Assembly: GCA_964461035.1 (NCBI GenBank)
Contig: CAYWRI010000004.1
Span: forward strand, 342 to 47,943
From: an uncultured Methanosarcinales archaeon
GTDB lineage: Archaea > Nanobdellota > Nanobdellia > Woesearchaeales > CAYZNE01
Length of the DNA stretch: 47,602 bases
Direction: 5' to 3'
The position numbers were made by a program, and so were the translations under genes. The first letter of the stretch is position 1; each line of letters opens with the position of its first letter. Below are positions 8,988 to 19,422 of the stretch, one piece after another. Under the pieces are notes generated by a model. The model did no database searches. It was not told where the DNA came from and saw only the letters and a program-made list of their open reading frames with translations.

Positions 8988-10235
8988 TTAATGGTTTTCT
9001 TCTTCAAAACTAAACTCTTTTTTCCTTGCCTTCCCTTCAAGTATAAGCTTCTTTTTATCATTCTTTTTCTGAAACTTAATTTTCTTTTTATCGTCATTAA
9101 CTTTCTGTAACTTAGACTTAGTCAACTTAACTTTCTTTTTCTTAGGTTTAGTCTTGTCTTTACCAACCTTCTTTTTTGATTTAAGTTTAACCTTTGAATT
9201 ATTCTTACGATCCTTTTTCTCTAATCGTAACTTCTTTTTTTCTTCTTTCTTTGTATCTGCCAAAGCTTTCTTACTGTCTCTAGCTACCTTTCTCAATTCC
9301 CTAGTAGATTTCTTCTTTTCAATCTCTTCTTTAAGCATAGGAATCCTTCTATTAATATCTCTGATTAACTCTTTAAATTTATTTGTACGAACATTAAATG
9401 TTTCTTTAGGTATTGTTTTTTCTTCAAAATATTTAAATTGAGAATCAGCTATCAATTCCTTCAACGTTTTCTTTTCCAGTTCTAACTTTCGAATTTTTGA
9501 TTTAATTTTATAAATTGATATTCTTTTATGCAATATTATTATCAACAAAACAATTATTGCAAGAGTAATAAGAATAGTTTGCCAATATTTTTTTAGAAAA
9601 TTAGTTACTGTCTGAGTTGCAGCAGTATAAATAACTGCAGAAGTAGTACTCATAGATTCAATATAAGATATTTTATCATATGTTTGTTCTATTAATAAAA
9701 AAGTATCAGTATATCTCTCTTTTGAAAATTCTTCTTTTGCTTGTAATAATAAGACTTCTGCTTCACTAAGATTAAGACTTTCATCTAGACTATCCATATA
9801 AAATGTTAGTGCAGCAAATTCATCACTCACTTCTATTGCTTCATCTTTTATTCCTTCAATTATATTAATATTTTCTTTAACAAATTTAAAGTTAGGAATT
9901 CCCTGGTTATCCTCTAACGCTTTTTGTGCCTCGTAAGATTGTTCTGCTTCTCCTAAGATGTCACCCATTCTAACAATTCCTAAACCTAAATCTTCAAGCT
10001 CAGCAATATCCTCTTTGACATTATCAATCCAATCCTTAGCCAATGTGCGGTTGTGATAATCTATTTCTTGATAACTATCTTCTATGGAGCTTAGTTGTAA
10101 AGAAGTATCAACTGAAGTATCTTCCACTACATACCCTGTAATACTTTTACCGGAAAAAAAGGCAAGAATAACTATTGCTATAAAAATCATCACAACAATT
10201 AACTTATTATTTTTTTTGTAATTATCTCTTCTCAT
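8988..10235 (-). CDS. Membrane-anchored helical protein with Lys-rich C-terminal tail
   Basis: N-terminal TM with SITGYVV motif, acidic helical region, second TM, cytoplasmic domain paralogous to the C-terminus of 11212-15201. Confidence 0.75.
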   Translation of the reverse strand: MRRDNYKKNNKLIVVMIFIAIVILAFFSGKSITGYVVEDTSVDTSLQLSSIEDSYQEIDYHNRTLAKDWIDNVKEDIAELEDLGLGIVRMGDILGEAEQSYEAQKALEDNQGIPNFKFVKENINIIEGIKDEAIEVSDEFAALTFYMDSLDESLNLSEAEVLLLQAKEEFSKERYTDTFLLIEQTYDKISYIESMSTTSAVIYTAATQTVTNFLKKYWQTILITLAIIVLLIIILHKRISIYKIKSKIRKLELEKKTLKELIADSQFKYFEEKTIPKETFNVRTNKFKELIRDINRRIPMLKEEIEKKKSTRELRKVARDSKKALADTKKEEKKKLRLEKKDRKNNSKVKLKSKKKVGKDKTKPKKKKVKLTKSKLQKVNDDKKKIKFQKKNDKKKLILEGKARKKEFSFEEENH

Positions 10236-10289
10236 TTTAAATTCGTTTTTATAATTTTTTTAATTCTACAATCTGCAAAAATATTTTAA

Positions 10290-11180
10290 TTAAGTTAATT
10301 GGAATTCACCCTTTAAAACATTTTTAGGAAAAACTTTTATTCCTTTTTTTGTAATACTCATTTTTACAATTCTTCTATCAATCTCAACTCCTCTCATTTT
10401 CAGAACTTCAATTGCTCTTTTTCTTTCACCATTATTATAAACAACATTATACACAACTATTATGCCATCTGAAAGAAAACTAATTGCTTCTCCTTTTTCA
10501 AAACCTGTTTGCCCAATATGTGCAGGAGATGCAACTTCTCTAATTAAAATAGATGTTATTTTTGATCTCTCTAAATATCTAAAAAGTTGTTCTATGTAAA
10601 TTCTAAATCTATTTTCTTCTCCGGAAAAAGCAGAAGAAATAGAAGTTAAAGAGTCCATAAGTACAAGTTCAGGTTGAAAATCCTTAGGAAAAAGAACAGG
10701 TTTAATATCAATAAGAAGTTCTTTTTTAGCTGCACTTAACAACGCTTCAACACTTCGGGAAATATCTAATGCATCAAACCTTTTTATTTTAAGTAGTCCC
10801 TTATCAATATGTTTTTGAACATTCCACCCACAGGATTCCATGTGTTGAATCAATCTATCTTCAGCTTCTTCAAAAGACATGTATAATACTTTCTTTCCTT
10901 GTTCACAAAAATTATAGGCTACATTCAAACAAAAATTAGTCTTACCTGAACCAGGTCCACCTTCTATTAATACGGAATTTCCTTTAGGAATTCCTGTACC
11001 AAGGAGTTTATCAAAGCCAACAATTCCTGTAAAGACTCTCTCTGGTTTAACTCTTGCTTTAGTTTTTGTTTCTTTAGGGAATTCCTTAACTTTATTTTTT
11101 AATTTAAATAATCCTTTAGAATGAGTTACCTTAGGTTTCTTTAGGACTTTTGTTTTTTGCGATTGTGTTTTTTTAATCAT
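10290..11180 (-). CDS. KaiC/RAD55-like RecA-superfamily ATPase (single domain)
   Basis: TGIVGFDKLLGTGIP, Walker A GGPGSGKT, SFEE, MDSLTS, SDGII, KMRG. Confidence 0.92.
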   Translation of the reverse strand: MIKKTQSQKTKVLKKPKVTHSKGLFKLKNKVKEFPKETKTKARVKPERVFTGIVGFDKLLGTGIPKGNSVLIEGGPGSGKTNFCLNVAYNFCEQGKKVLYMSFEEAEDRLIQHMESCGWNVQKHIDKGLLKIKRFDALDISRSVEALLSAAKKELLIDIKPVLFPKDFQPELVLMDSLTSISSAFSGEENRFRIYIEQLFRYLERSKITSILIREVASPAHIGQTGFEKGEAISFLSDGIIVVYNVVYNNGERKRAIEVLKMRGVEIDRRIVKMSITKKGIKVFPKNVLKGEFQLT

Positions 11181-11211
11181 CTTTATTTACCTCATACTTC
11201 GAACTATTTTC

Positions 11212-14200
11212 TTATTTCTTTTTAACTTTAACTTTTTTAAATTTATGTTTTTTCATGGCTTTTTTAGCTTCTTGTAGAGCAATTTTTTCTTCAATTTCGG
11301 CTAATTTGGAAGTATAACTTTTAATTTTAATTTCATAAGCTTGAGTTTCAATGCTTTTTTTAACCATGTATTGTTCTTGAGTATTTTTAATTAGGGAAAT
11401 TAATAATTCACGTTCTTTATGGATTGCTTTACTTTTTAACCTAAAAAAATAAGTTTTTCTATTTTCAAAATCGATAGTGCGTTCGATAATAATACTTAAT
11501 TGATCTTGATAACTGGTCATAGTAGTTTTATACTCATCCATACTTAACTTTTTTTCACTAAAACATTCATTTTGAGTGGCTTTCATCAAACCTTGAACAA
11601 TCAATTTTTCCTTACTTAAAGCCTTTAAAGTTTTAACCAAAAATAACCATCTAACAAACATAAAAACACAATAAATTAGTGTAACTATAATTAATAAAAT
11701 AATAAGTAATTGAATCCACTTATCTTTAACAAATTGAACAATACTAAATTGACCTTTAGTTTCCAAAGCAAAAGTTAATTCGGCCTCTTCCAAGCGATCC
11801 ATGGCAGTAACGTAATCACCACGTAAAATAGTGGCATCGATCATTCGAACTAGTCTTTGAGTACCAACAACATTCATACCTTTACTTAAAGAATAATTCA
11901 AACGATTACTAAAATTAGCATACCTAAAACTAAAAGATTCAGCAACAACAAAACTTTCTCCAATTAATTTACTAATCTCTTCAACACCTTCATAATCATT
12001 ATCAACCAACAATTCTTCGCCTTGACGAATCAACTTTTCAACACTCTTAGTATAATAACCCTTAAGAATCATATCGTTAAAAACAACCTTAGACTTAACC
12101 AACAAACCAGTAGCACTTTCACGACTTAAAGTATGAATATCTAAAATAACGGAAATAGCATGAGAAAAACCAGTTAACATAGTCCTGTTAGAAGAAAAAC
12201 CATTAATAACCTCTTGAATCAAACCTTGTATGGTGAAATTAAGTTTATGTTCACCGCGAGTAAAATAAGACGGAGTGTTAATGCTAATAATCAAAGGCTT
12301 AGTTTCGTTAACATTAATCACGCCCATACTAGACCTATAATTAATATATTGAGACAAAAAACCATTAACAACAATAGTAACATTAATCAAAGTAGCATTA
12401 AAAGGATTAGTAACATTAATAACAAAAGAGTTATCCTCACCACTAACTAACTCAAAAACTTCTTCAGTAGACAATAAACGACTAGCACTGGCAAAACTCA
12501 AAGTAGGGGCAGATCTACTAGAACTACTACCAGAACCACCACCAGAACCACCACCAGAAGTAGTAACGGTAGTAACAGATTTAGAACAATCAGGATCATT
12601 ACCATAACCACAATCAACAACACAAACACCATCCTTCTCATTAAAACACTCAAAAGAAACAACAATACTCTCATTAAGTATTGAAGAATTAAGATTAGAA
12701 TAATTAATAATATCCCCACTAACATTATAACCAACAGCCAATAAAGAAACAATCTTTGCGCCTGGAGAAAAAGAAGACAAATCAGAAAAACCAATAACTA
12801 CATTATTATAATGTAAAGAATTATCAGAAATATTAGAAAAATTAGTAACCAAATCATCAGAAACATTAGTCAAGCCATTAGGCAAAGACCAGTAAAAACT
12901 AACGTTAAAAGCAGTATTAGAAGCGTTAACAATAACACCACCCATAATATTTCTTAAATATCCTTGCAAAGAAAAATTAGTAGTAGTCAAATCAACAGTA
13001 ATAGGTGAAGAAGAAACAGACTCAAACAAATAAGGACCAACCTGATTGGAAATAATGGTTGCAGAAACATTACTCGAACTAACATTAGAACGAGACCTTA
13101 TTTCAGCAAGAGTTAGGGTAATATCTTCTTCAGATATCTCAGATAAAAAAGAAGCATTAATTTGAATTGTTTGATTAGCTCCTGCAGCCAAATCTTCAAT
13201 AGCAAGTAAATTTTTAATATACTCATTATCATAATAGATTCTTCCTTCATCAAGATTATAATCCAATCTAAAGTCTAAACTGCAGTTATTATTAGTATAT
13301 CTTGGATCGCCAGTATTATTAATAGTGATATTACCAATCCGCTTATTTTCATTCCAACCAGCAACTTGTCCCAAATCTGTTGTTGCTTCCCAAGTACAAT
13401 CCCAAGAAGAAACCAAAGTTTGATTAATAGAAGAATTAAAATTACCAAAACTATCATTAGCCCAAACCCTATAAGAATAATTAACTTCATTATCAATCAA
13501 ACTAATATTAGCCTGATAAATATCACTGCCAAGAGGAACCATAGATACATTAGCCCAACCAGAACCATTAAAATACTCCAAAAACACAGTACTAACATTA
13601 ACCCTAACATCCAAAACAGTAGCATTAAAAGTAATATTAACACCCGGATCAACAACACCTTTAGCATTAGGATAAAAAGTTATTAAATTAGTAATAGGTG
13701 GATACACATCAATAACAAAGCTCTTTGCAATAGAAGTGTTAGAATTACCAACACCATCAACACAAGCGACATTCCAATAATGTAAACCACCACTAATATT
13801 AACAGCATCCAAACTAGTAAGAGTGTTATTAACAACAGACTTATTAGAACTCTGAAAAATAGAATCAATATACAAAGAACAATTCATATTAGGAGGATAA
13901 TTTTCTATTGCAGTAAAACTAAAAGTGATATTTTCTGAATCAGAACTATAATTTTCAACAGGAATACTAAGATTAATATTCGGAGGAGTAGTATCTAACA
14001 TAACATAATCAAAAGAAACATTATACAACTCAGGAGAAAAACTAGCATTATTAGTCGTGAAATCAACTTTATACTGAAAATACCATCCAGTTAAATTAAA
14101 ACTTTGAGGATTAGACGAATTAAGAGCCTGCCAAGAACCATCCGAACAATCAGCAGAGGAACAATTCCTAACAGAAATAGTTATGTATAAATCAGGAGTT

Positions 14201-15201
14201 ACAGAAATATCATATTTTTCACTAAGATAATTCTCAACCTTAGCTCTTTCATCTTTCCCAATTGAATTATTATAGACAATAATTTCAGCAATATCGCCAG
14301 ACCAACAAAAAGCTGACGAATCATACCAACTACCAACAGTAAAAGGACCATCATTTAAGGGTGCAGTTGGAAAAGTTCCACCATGCAGCACAGTTGCTTT
14401 AGAATCTCCATCAACATAAACTTCTATATAATTACGCTGTTCTATCCAAGTAGGAACATGCCAATTTACTATTTTAGGTGAACCTACAGGTAAATAAGAA
14501 CCAGATGAAGTTCTTCTTCCAGCAGAACGCCATTGATCGGTACCGATCCTTCCAACATCCCCAGAGCCCATAGTAACAAACCCCATTGAAGTATCCATAC
14601 CTGCTTTTTGACCCAGAATAGCACCATAAGACACAAAAACCCCCCTTCTTACAACTACTGCAAAAACATTTATTGAGAAATCAGAGCCACTAAAACCTGA
14701 ATTAGAATTTGAACTTAAAACTTGATGATAGCTATCGAATCTTACTACGGGCTGACCATTAATGATGTCAGTTTTATAAGTGGGCTGGTAAGTCGTAGAA
14801 CCAGTTTGTTTAACAAAATTTGCGTTGGGACTTTCATCAATCCAGTTGGATACTTTGTCTCCATCGTCATAATCAATTAAACTATCTGCTCTTAACCATA
14901 ATTGTAAATTATCAACATCATCAGGTAAAAAATCATTTAGGTTGTCGCTCCAAGAAATATTCTCCCATCTTGCCAAACCATTTGGATTCAATACTTGACT
15001 AGTAAAAGTTCCAGAAGTTTGCCCAGTATTCAACTGCACAAACCCCGAATTATTGTAAAAAGTATTAGAATAAGTTCCATTAGTAAAATCACTAGAATCA
15101 GAATCAATAATTGTTAACGCATAACCCCCAATAATAGTTATCAAACTAATTAATACTATTATTACCAATAATCCCCCTCTTTTTTTGTTCACTTTAATCA
15201 T
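11212..15201 (-). CDS. Large cell-surface glycoprotein (LamG/concanavalin-like and Ig-like domains, C-terminal TM and cytoplasmic repeats)
   Basis: Signal peptide; LQLWLRAD...W.DES...PVVRFD...GDIAEIIVYN LamG-like block; many N-x-S/T sequons; DGVC...DPDC and Gly/Ser linker; TM near aa 1165-1190. Confidence 0.8.
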   Translation of the reverse strand: MIKVNKKRGGLLVIIVLISLITIIGGYALTIIDSDSSDFTNGTYSNTFYNNSGFVQLNTGQTSGTFTSQVLNPNGLARWENISWSDNLNDFLPDDVDNLQLWLRADSLIDYDDGDKVSNWIDESPNANFVKQTGSTTYQPTYKTDIINGQPVVRFDSYHQVLSSNSNSGFSGSDFSINVFAVVVRRGVFVSYGAILGQKAGMDTSMGFVTMGSGDVGRIGTDQWRSAGRRTSSGSYLPVGSPKIVNWHVPTWIEQRNYIEVYVDGDSKATVLHGGTFPTAPLNDGPFTVGSWYDSSAFCWSGDIAEIIVYNNSIGKDERAKVENYLSEKYDISVTPDLYITISVRNCSSADCSDGSWQALNSSNPQSFNLTGWYFQYKVDFTTNNASFSPELYNVSFDYVMLDTTPPNINLSIPVENYSSDSENITFSFTAIENYPPNMNCSLYIDSIFQSSNKSVVNNTLTSLDAVNISGGLHYWNVACVDGVGNSNTSIAKSFVIDVYPPITNLITFYPNAKGVVDPGVNITFNATVLDVRVNVSTVFLEYFNGSGWANVSMVPLGSDIYQANISLIDNEVNYSYRVWANDSFGNFNSSINQTLVSSWDCTWEATTDLGQVAGWNENKRIGNITINNTGDPRYTNNNCSLDFRLDYNLDEGRIYYDNEYIKNLLAIEDLAAGANQTIQINASFLSEISEEDITLTLAEIRSRSNVSSSNVSATIISNQVGPYLFESVSSSPITVDLTTTNFSLQGYLRNIMGGVIVNASNTAFNVSFYWSLPNGLTNVSDDLVTNFSNISDNSLHYNNVVIGFSDLSSFSPGAKIVSLLAVGYNVSGDIINYSNLNSSILNESIVVSFECFNEKDGVCVVDCGYGNDPDCSKSVTTVTTSGGGSGGGSGSSSSRSAPTLSFASASRLLSTEEVFELVSGEDNSFVINVTNPFNATLINVTIVVNGFLSQYINYRSSMGVINVNETKPLIISINTPSYFTRGEHKLNFTIQGLIQEVINGFSSNRTMLTGFSHAISVILDIHTLSRESATGLLVKSKVVFNDMILKGYYTKSVEKLIRQGEELLVDNDYEGVEEISKLIGESFVVAESFSFRYANFSNRLNYSLSKGMNVVGTQRLVRMIDATILRGDYVTAMDRLEEAELTFALETKGQFSIVQFVKDKWIQLLIILLIIVTLIYCVFMFVRWLFLVKTLKALSKEKLIVQGLMKATQNECFSEKKLSMDEYKTTMTSYQDQLSIIIERTIDFENRKTYFFRLKSKAIHKERELLISLIKNTQEQYMVKKSIETQAYEIKIKSYTSKLAEIEEKIALQEAKKAMKKHKFKKVKVKKK

Positions 15202-15400
15202 TTTTTATGCAAATAATGTGATTTGCAATTATCAATAGTTTTAACATCAATTAAGTTTGCACCATCTAATTTCATAAGTGCTAGTGAAACGGTAATTCTT
15301 AAAACTTTTGTTTTTTCTAAAAGTTTTTGAATATTTAAACCCTTACATCTTTCTTAAAAATTTCAGTTATTTGTTTAATTACTAAATCGATTTTATCTAT
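15198..15400 (-). pseudogene. Decayed small winged-helix DNA-binding protein gene
   Basis: Manual translation (ATA)DKIDLVIKQITEIFKKDV / frameshift near 15343 / GLNIQKLLEKTKVLRITVSLALMKLDGANLIDVKTIDNCKSHYLHKK*; TGA overlaps the ATG of the surface protein. Confidence 0.6.
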
Positions 15401-15576
15401 TAATAATTATTTATAAATATTACGATTAGTAGCTTTTATTACTATTCTTTAAGTCTATTATTAGCAGTTTGTTTAAAAGTTTATTATTAATATAAACTTA
15501 CACTTAGTTAAATTAAAAACACCAACAAAAAAGTGTTTATTGTTAATTTATCTAATTAAACTTTTACTTTATTATT

Positions 15577-15960
15577 TTAAGAATTAATCCAATTTTTTGC
15601 TTCTTGTTCTGAAGAAAATGATTTTGTTACAAAAGTATTATCAGGATTATCTTGTTTAACAGTTGGTTTATCACTTATGAACGCAAACTTTTCAACTTTG
15701 ATTTTATTATACATTGAAATTATATTCTCTTTTCTCCAACTAAGTACATCATCACTTAAACTATATCCAAACTTTCTCATATCTACAATAATTTTTAAAC
15801 TATTTTGTGATTGAACCACATTAATAAATTTAATTGCTTCTTCTTTAAAATCTACATCTGTAAAGTTTACAGTATTTTCCTTCCAACTAAGAGTTAGAAT
15901 GTCATTCTCTTTAAAGACTAACATATATTGATTATCAATAAATTCTTCCATATAAATCAT
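15577..15960 (-). CDS. SpoIIAA/STAS-SEC14-like small protein
   Basis: LSW...IIVDMRKF...W...KFAFI...FSSEQEAKNWI pattern. Confidence 0.6.
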   Translation of the reverse strand: MIYMEEFIDNQYMLVFKENDILTLSWKENTVNFTDVDFKEEAIKFINVVQSQNSLKIIVDMRKFGYSLSDDVLSWRKENIISMYNKIKVEKFAFISDKPTVKQDNPDNTFVTKSFSSEQEAKNWINS

Positions 15961-16083
15961 ATTTTTATAACATTTAAATATTTTTTTACAAACGTACTCA
16001 TTTCTGTGATAAAGCTTTAAAAAACATAAAACTTAATAAAATGATATTAATTATATCCTATTATAGAATTTATAGTTAATAAA

Positions 16084-17118
16084 ATGAAAATAATCCATAA
16101 AGAATTAAATAAGGGAATTGTAAAGGTAGAGGTTGAGAACCCTGATGACTTTTGGTATCTAGATCAAATAATAGAACCAGAAGATAAGATTAAAGGTAGA
16201 ACTATTAGAAAAATAAAAATTGGTGATGAGAGCAATCCTAAAATAGTAAAAAAACCTGTTTTCTTAACAATAACTGTTGATAAAGTAGAATTCCATGAAA
16301 CAACAGGTCATTTAAGAATTTCAGGAAAAATAATTGATGGTCCTGATGATATGCCTCGCGGTAATTATCATACATTTACAATAACTGAAGGAACAGTTAT
16401 TTCAATACTTAAAAATAAGTGGATGAAACATCATCTTGATAAAATAAAAGAAGCACAACTAAAACCTTCAGAATATTTAGTTGTTTTATTCAATAGAGAA
16501 GAGGCAATATTTGCAGAACTCAAACGAAGAAGATATAATATATTATCTGGAATAAATGCGGATGTTCAGAAAAAAGATGCACCTGAAACAAAATCTGATA
16601 ATATCTATAAAGCTATTGTAAAAAATCTTCAAGAGTATGTGAAACGAAATGATTACAAAAACATTATAGCTGCAAGTGCAGGTTTTTGGAAACAGTATCT
16701 TGAAAAAGAATTAACAGAAGAATTAAAAGCAAAAACTGTTTATGCAATAGTTTCAGGAGTAAATCCTTTAGCATTAAATGAATTAGTCAAAAGACCTGAA
16801 CTAAAAAAATTATTATCAGATGAAAGAGGTTCTCAGGAATTAAATTTAGTTGATGAAATACTTAAAGCAATATCGCACGATACTGCTTGCTATGGGTTAG
16901 ATGATTGCAATTCCTGTGTTGAACAGGGAAACATAAAACTGCTTGCTGTTAGCAATAATTTAATAATACAAACAAGACAGAATGATAAATTTAGATATCT
17001 TGATAAGATAATGAAAACTGCTGATTCAGTTCAAGCAGATATTCACATTGTCAGTCACAAAGACGCTATGAAACAACTTGATTCTCTCGGCGGTGTTGCT
17101 GGCGTAAAGAGATGGTAG
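16084..17118 (+). CDS. pelA: mRNA surveillance / ribosome rescue protein pelota
   Basis: ENPDDFWYL, T.RKIK, LRISGKI, YHTF, QLDSLGGVAG motifs. Confidence 0.95.
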   Translation: MKIIHKELNKGIVKVEVENPDDFWYLDQIIEPEDKIKGRTIRKIKIGDESNPKIVKKPVFLTITVDKVEFHETTGHLRISGKIIDGPDDMPRGNYHTFTITEGTVISILKNKWMKHHLDKIKEAQLKPSEYLVVLFNREEAIFAELKRRRYNILSGINADVQKKDAPETKSDNIYKAIVKNLQEYVKRNDYKNIIAASAGFWKQYLEKELTEELKAKTVYAIVSGVNPLALNELVKRPELKKLLSDERGSQELNLVDEILKAISHDTACYGLDDCNSCVEQGNIKLLAVSNNLIIQTRQNDKFRYLDKIMKTADSVQADIHIVSHKDAMKQLDSLGGVAGVKRW

Positions 17119-17190
17119 TGCGAATTTATGATTTTAATATTTATTAATTAGTAGTAAAACTTATAAAAGCAAATTCTTTTCTCTTTTTTT

Positions 17191-17529
17191 ATGACTGGTT
17201 TATTAAATCAATTAAATAAATTTTATTGTGGAACTTTAACTGAGGTTAGGGAAATAAATTATGCATTATATGTTGGTTTACATATTATGGAGGTATTGAA
17301 TATTCCTTCTTTCTTATGTGGTTTAAAACAAGGAGAATTTGACCCTATTTCTTTTTATCTTTCTGTGGATTGTGTTTGTAGAGTTGCAAATAATGTGGCT
17401 AATACTCTTTTTCCAGATTCTGATACTTTAGATTCTGATAAAAATATTTCATCTACATATACTAGGAATATGGCTCAAGGACTTATAGGAACAATAAGAG
17501 AACAAATACAATATTATAACAAAAAATAA
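17191..17529 (+). CDS. Hypothetical protein
   Basis: 112-aa ORF with TATA box (TTATAAAA at 17161) 30 nt upstream of the ATG. Confidence 0.55.
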   Translation: MTGLLNQLNKFYCGTLTEVREINYALYVGLHIMEVLNIPSFLCGLKQGEFDPISFYLSVDCVCRVANNVANTLFPDSDTLDSDKNISSTYTRNMAQGLIGTIREQIQYYNKK

Positions 17530-17978
17530 AAAAATTAATCTTTTTTTTAAGTTGATTCTTCAGAAGTAGATTCTTTTTTTTCAGAATCTTTAGAAAGTTT
17601 ATGTTCTTCTTTTTTTCAGATTTAACTTTAAAAGATACTTCTTTTTGCTTTTCTGATTTTATATCTGATTTTACATTAACTTTAGGCTCAGATTTAGCGT
17701 CAGCAGTTTTTTCAACAACTTTTGTTTCAAAGTGAAAGCTTTTTTTTAACTTCAACTTTTTTTTAACTTCAACTTTTTTAGAAGGAACATCCTTTGTAAT
17801 AGCATCATCTTTTTTATTTTTTGGAGTTTCTTCAACTTTATCTTTTTTGATAATTTTTTTTTTAGAACCGCCAACTTTGTTCATCATTCTATCTTTAATA
17901 GCTTTTTTTTCTTTTTACCATCAACATATTTATGTCCAAAGAGTTCTGCTTTTACAATACTTTCTTTATCTTTGATAA
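17525..17978 (-). pseudogene. Degenerate duplicate of the 3' half of rpl31e
   Basis: Clear nucleotide similarity with indels to about 19410-19814 (e.g. tatttatgtccaaa.agttctgcttttacaat; IVKAELFGHKY remnant). Confidence 0.85.
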
Positions 17979-18026
17979 ATATCGGCTTGAAAATAATATA
18001 AATAAATAGAAATAATAACTTTTTTC

Positions 18027-19184
18027 TTAATCTGTGTAAAATGTAAAATCTTCCGCCCCTGTTACTAATGTGAGGTCATATTTTCCATCAGGTTCGTTTC
18101 CTGCTAAATAAATTCTGAAATTATCAAGAACATTAACTTCATTATTATTTGTGCCAATGTTCTTTGTATTTAATAGTCCCATTACTTTAAACAGTTCTTC
18201 GTCTTCTCCCGCAGTTGTTATTTTTTCAAATTTGTTTAAGTCTCCGAGTATTTCTTTAATTACATAGTTACAAAGTTCCTTTCGGGGATTTTCAGTTAGT
18301 TCATCATAAATTGGTATAATTACTGCATTCTGATGATTTTGAGCTTTTCTTATATCATCTACAACTTCTATTCTTTCATATTGAAACTGTCCTTGTGTCA
18401 AGGTTTCATAGATTTTTTTTGCTTCTTCTGTATTCTTAGGAACATGTCTTCCAGTTCCGTTCAGTATGACTAACTTTTTGTTATTTTCTTCATCAGTTAT
18501 TTGAAATGCTACAGTATCAACATCAACCGTTCTTAAAAGAGTTTCATATTTTGTTTTCTCCAGAAGTTTATTTTCCAGAGACTTTGGTACCTGATAATTT
18601 CCTAATAGCTTAATTAATTCTGAAAGAGTTATGTCCTTGTCCAGTTCTTTAGAAGCAGTATAAATTGCAACGCGGTTATCTATTGTACTCAGAGTGTATT
18701 TTGCAAATGCTCTTTCTAAACGATTTTTAAGTTCTTGTTCTATTGCTGGGTGTTGACTTAGATATTTTTCACTGAAGTTTGTAATTGCTTTAGTAGATAT
18801 TTTCCGATTAGGTTTTTCAATAGGTTCTAGATTTTTAATCTTTTTCTTTACTTTATTTATTAGTCTGGTATCCCACACATATCCTAATTCTAAAATCTCT
18901 TCGAATTTTTTAGGAGCATTTATACAACATTCTAAGTCTTTTTTTTGGGGTTCATATCTTGAAAATTGTTTTATAATATTTCCAAGTCTATTTTTAGCAT
19001 TTTCAGGAAGATCATTTTTCTCCCCAAATTCTTTTAATTCATTATATATTAATTCATATGGGTCAGGACACTTCAGAGTCAGAGGTGCAAGCATTTCCAT
19101 TAGTTCCTGAAATTCTTTATCCTTCATTCCTATTTTTAGTAGATTTGTTATTTGTTTGATCTTTCTTGGGGAGTATAGTATCAC
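18027..19184 (-). CDS. Hypothetical protein
   Basis: 385-aa uninterrupted ORF with upstream TATA-like box; no motif recognised. Confidence 0.7.
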   Translation of the reverse strand: MILYSPRKIKQITNLLKIGMKDKEFQELMEMLAPLTLKCPDPYELIYNELKEFGEKNDLPENAKNRLGNIIKQFSRYEPQKKDLECCINAPKKFEEILELGYVWDTRLINKVKKKIKNLEPIEKPNRKISTKAITNFSEKYLSQHPAIEQELKNRLERAFAKYTLSTIDNRVAIYTASKELDKDITLSELIKLLGNYQVPKSLENKLLEKTKYETLLRTVDVDTVAFQITDEENNKKLVILNGTGRHVPKNTEEAKKIYETLTQGQFQYERIEVVDDIRKAQNHQNAVIIPIYDELTENPRKELCNYVIKEILGDLNKFEKITTAGEDEELFKVMGLLNTKNIGTNNNEVNVLDNFRIYLAGNEPDGKYDLTLVTGAEDFTFYTD

Positions 19185-19422
19185 ATTATCACCATTAATT
19201 CTTAAGTATTTGAGGGAGTAATTTCTTTATTTATAAACTTTTTTATTTCATAATCACTCATTAGTAGTAATTAAGGGGTTAATATTCTAAACTAAATTTT
19301 TGGGAGGATGAGAATATTTTTATATATTAAATTGCTAAACACTTTGCTTGATAATAATGCACGTTTTTCTCTAGTTCAGAAAAGTATTAATAATAATAAA
19401 AAATAATAGAATAAAAAAATAA

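Noticed and set aside
10290-11180. Circadian clock KaiC
   Set aside because: Single domain, with no kaiA/kaiB nearby; belongs to the broad archaeal KaiC/RAD55-like group.
12214-15002. Short ORFs inside the surface-protein gene (12214, 12498, 13275, 13366, 13683, 14820)
   Set aside because: Shadow frames caused by strongly biased codon usage; no motifs or start signals.
17483-17887. 134-aa ORF as an independent gene
   Set aside because: It is a frame-shifted remnant of the duplicated rpl31e tail.
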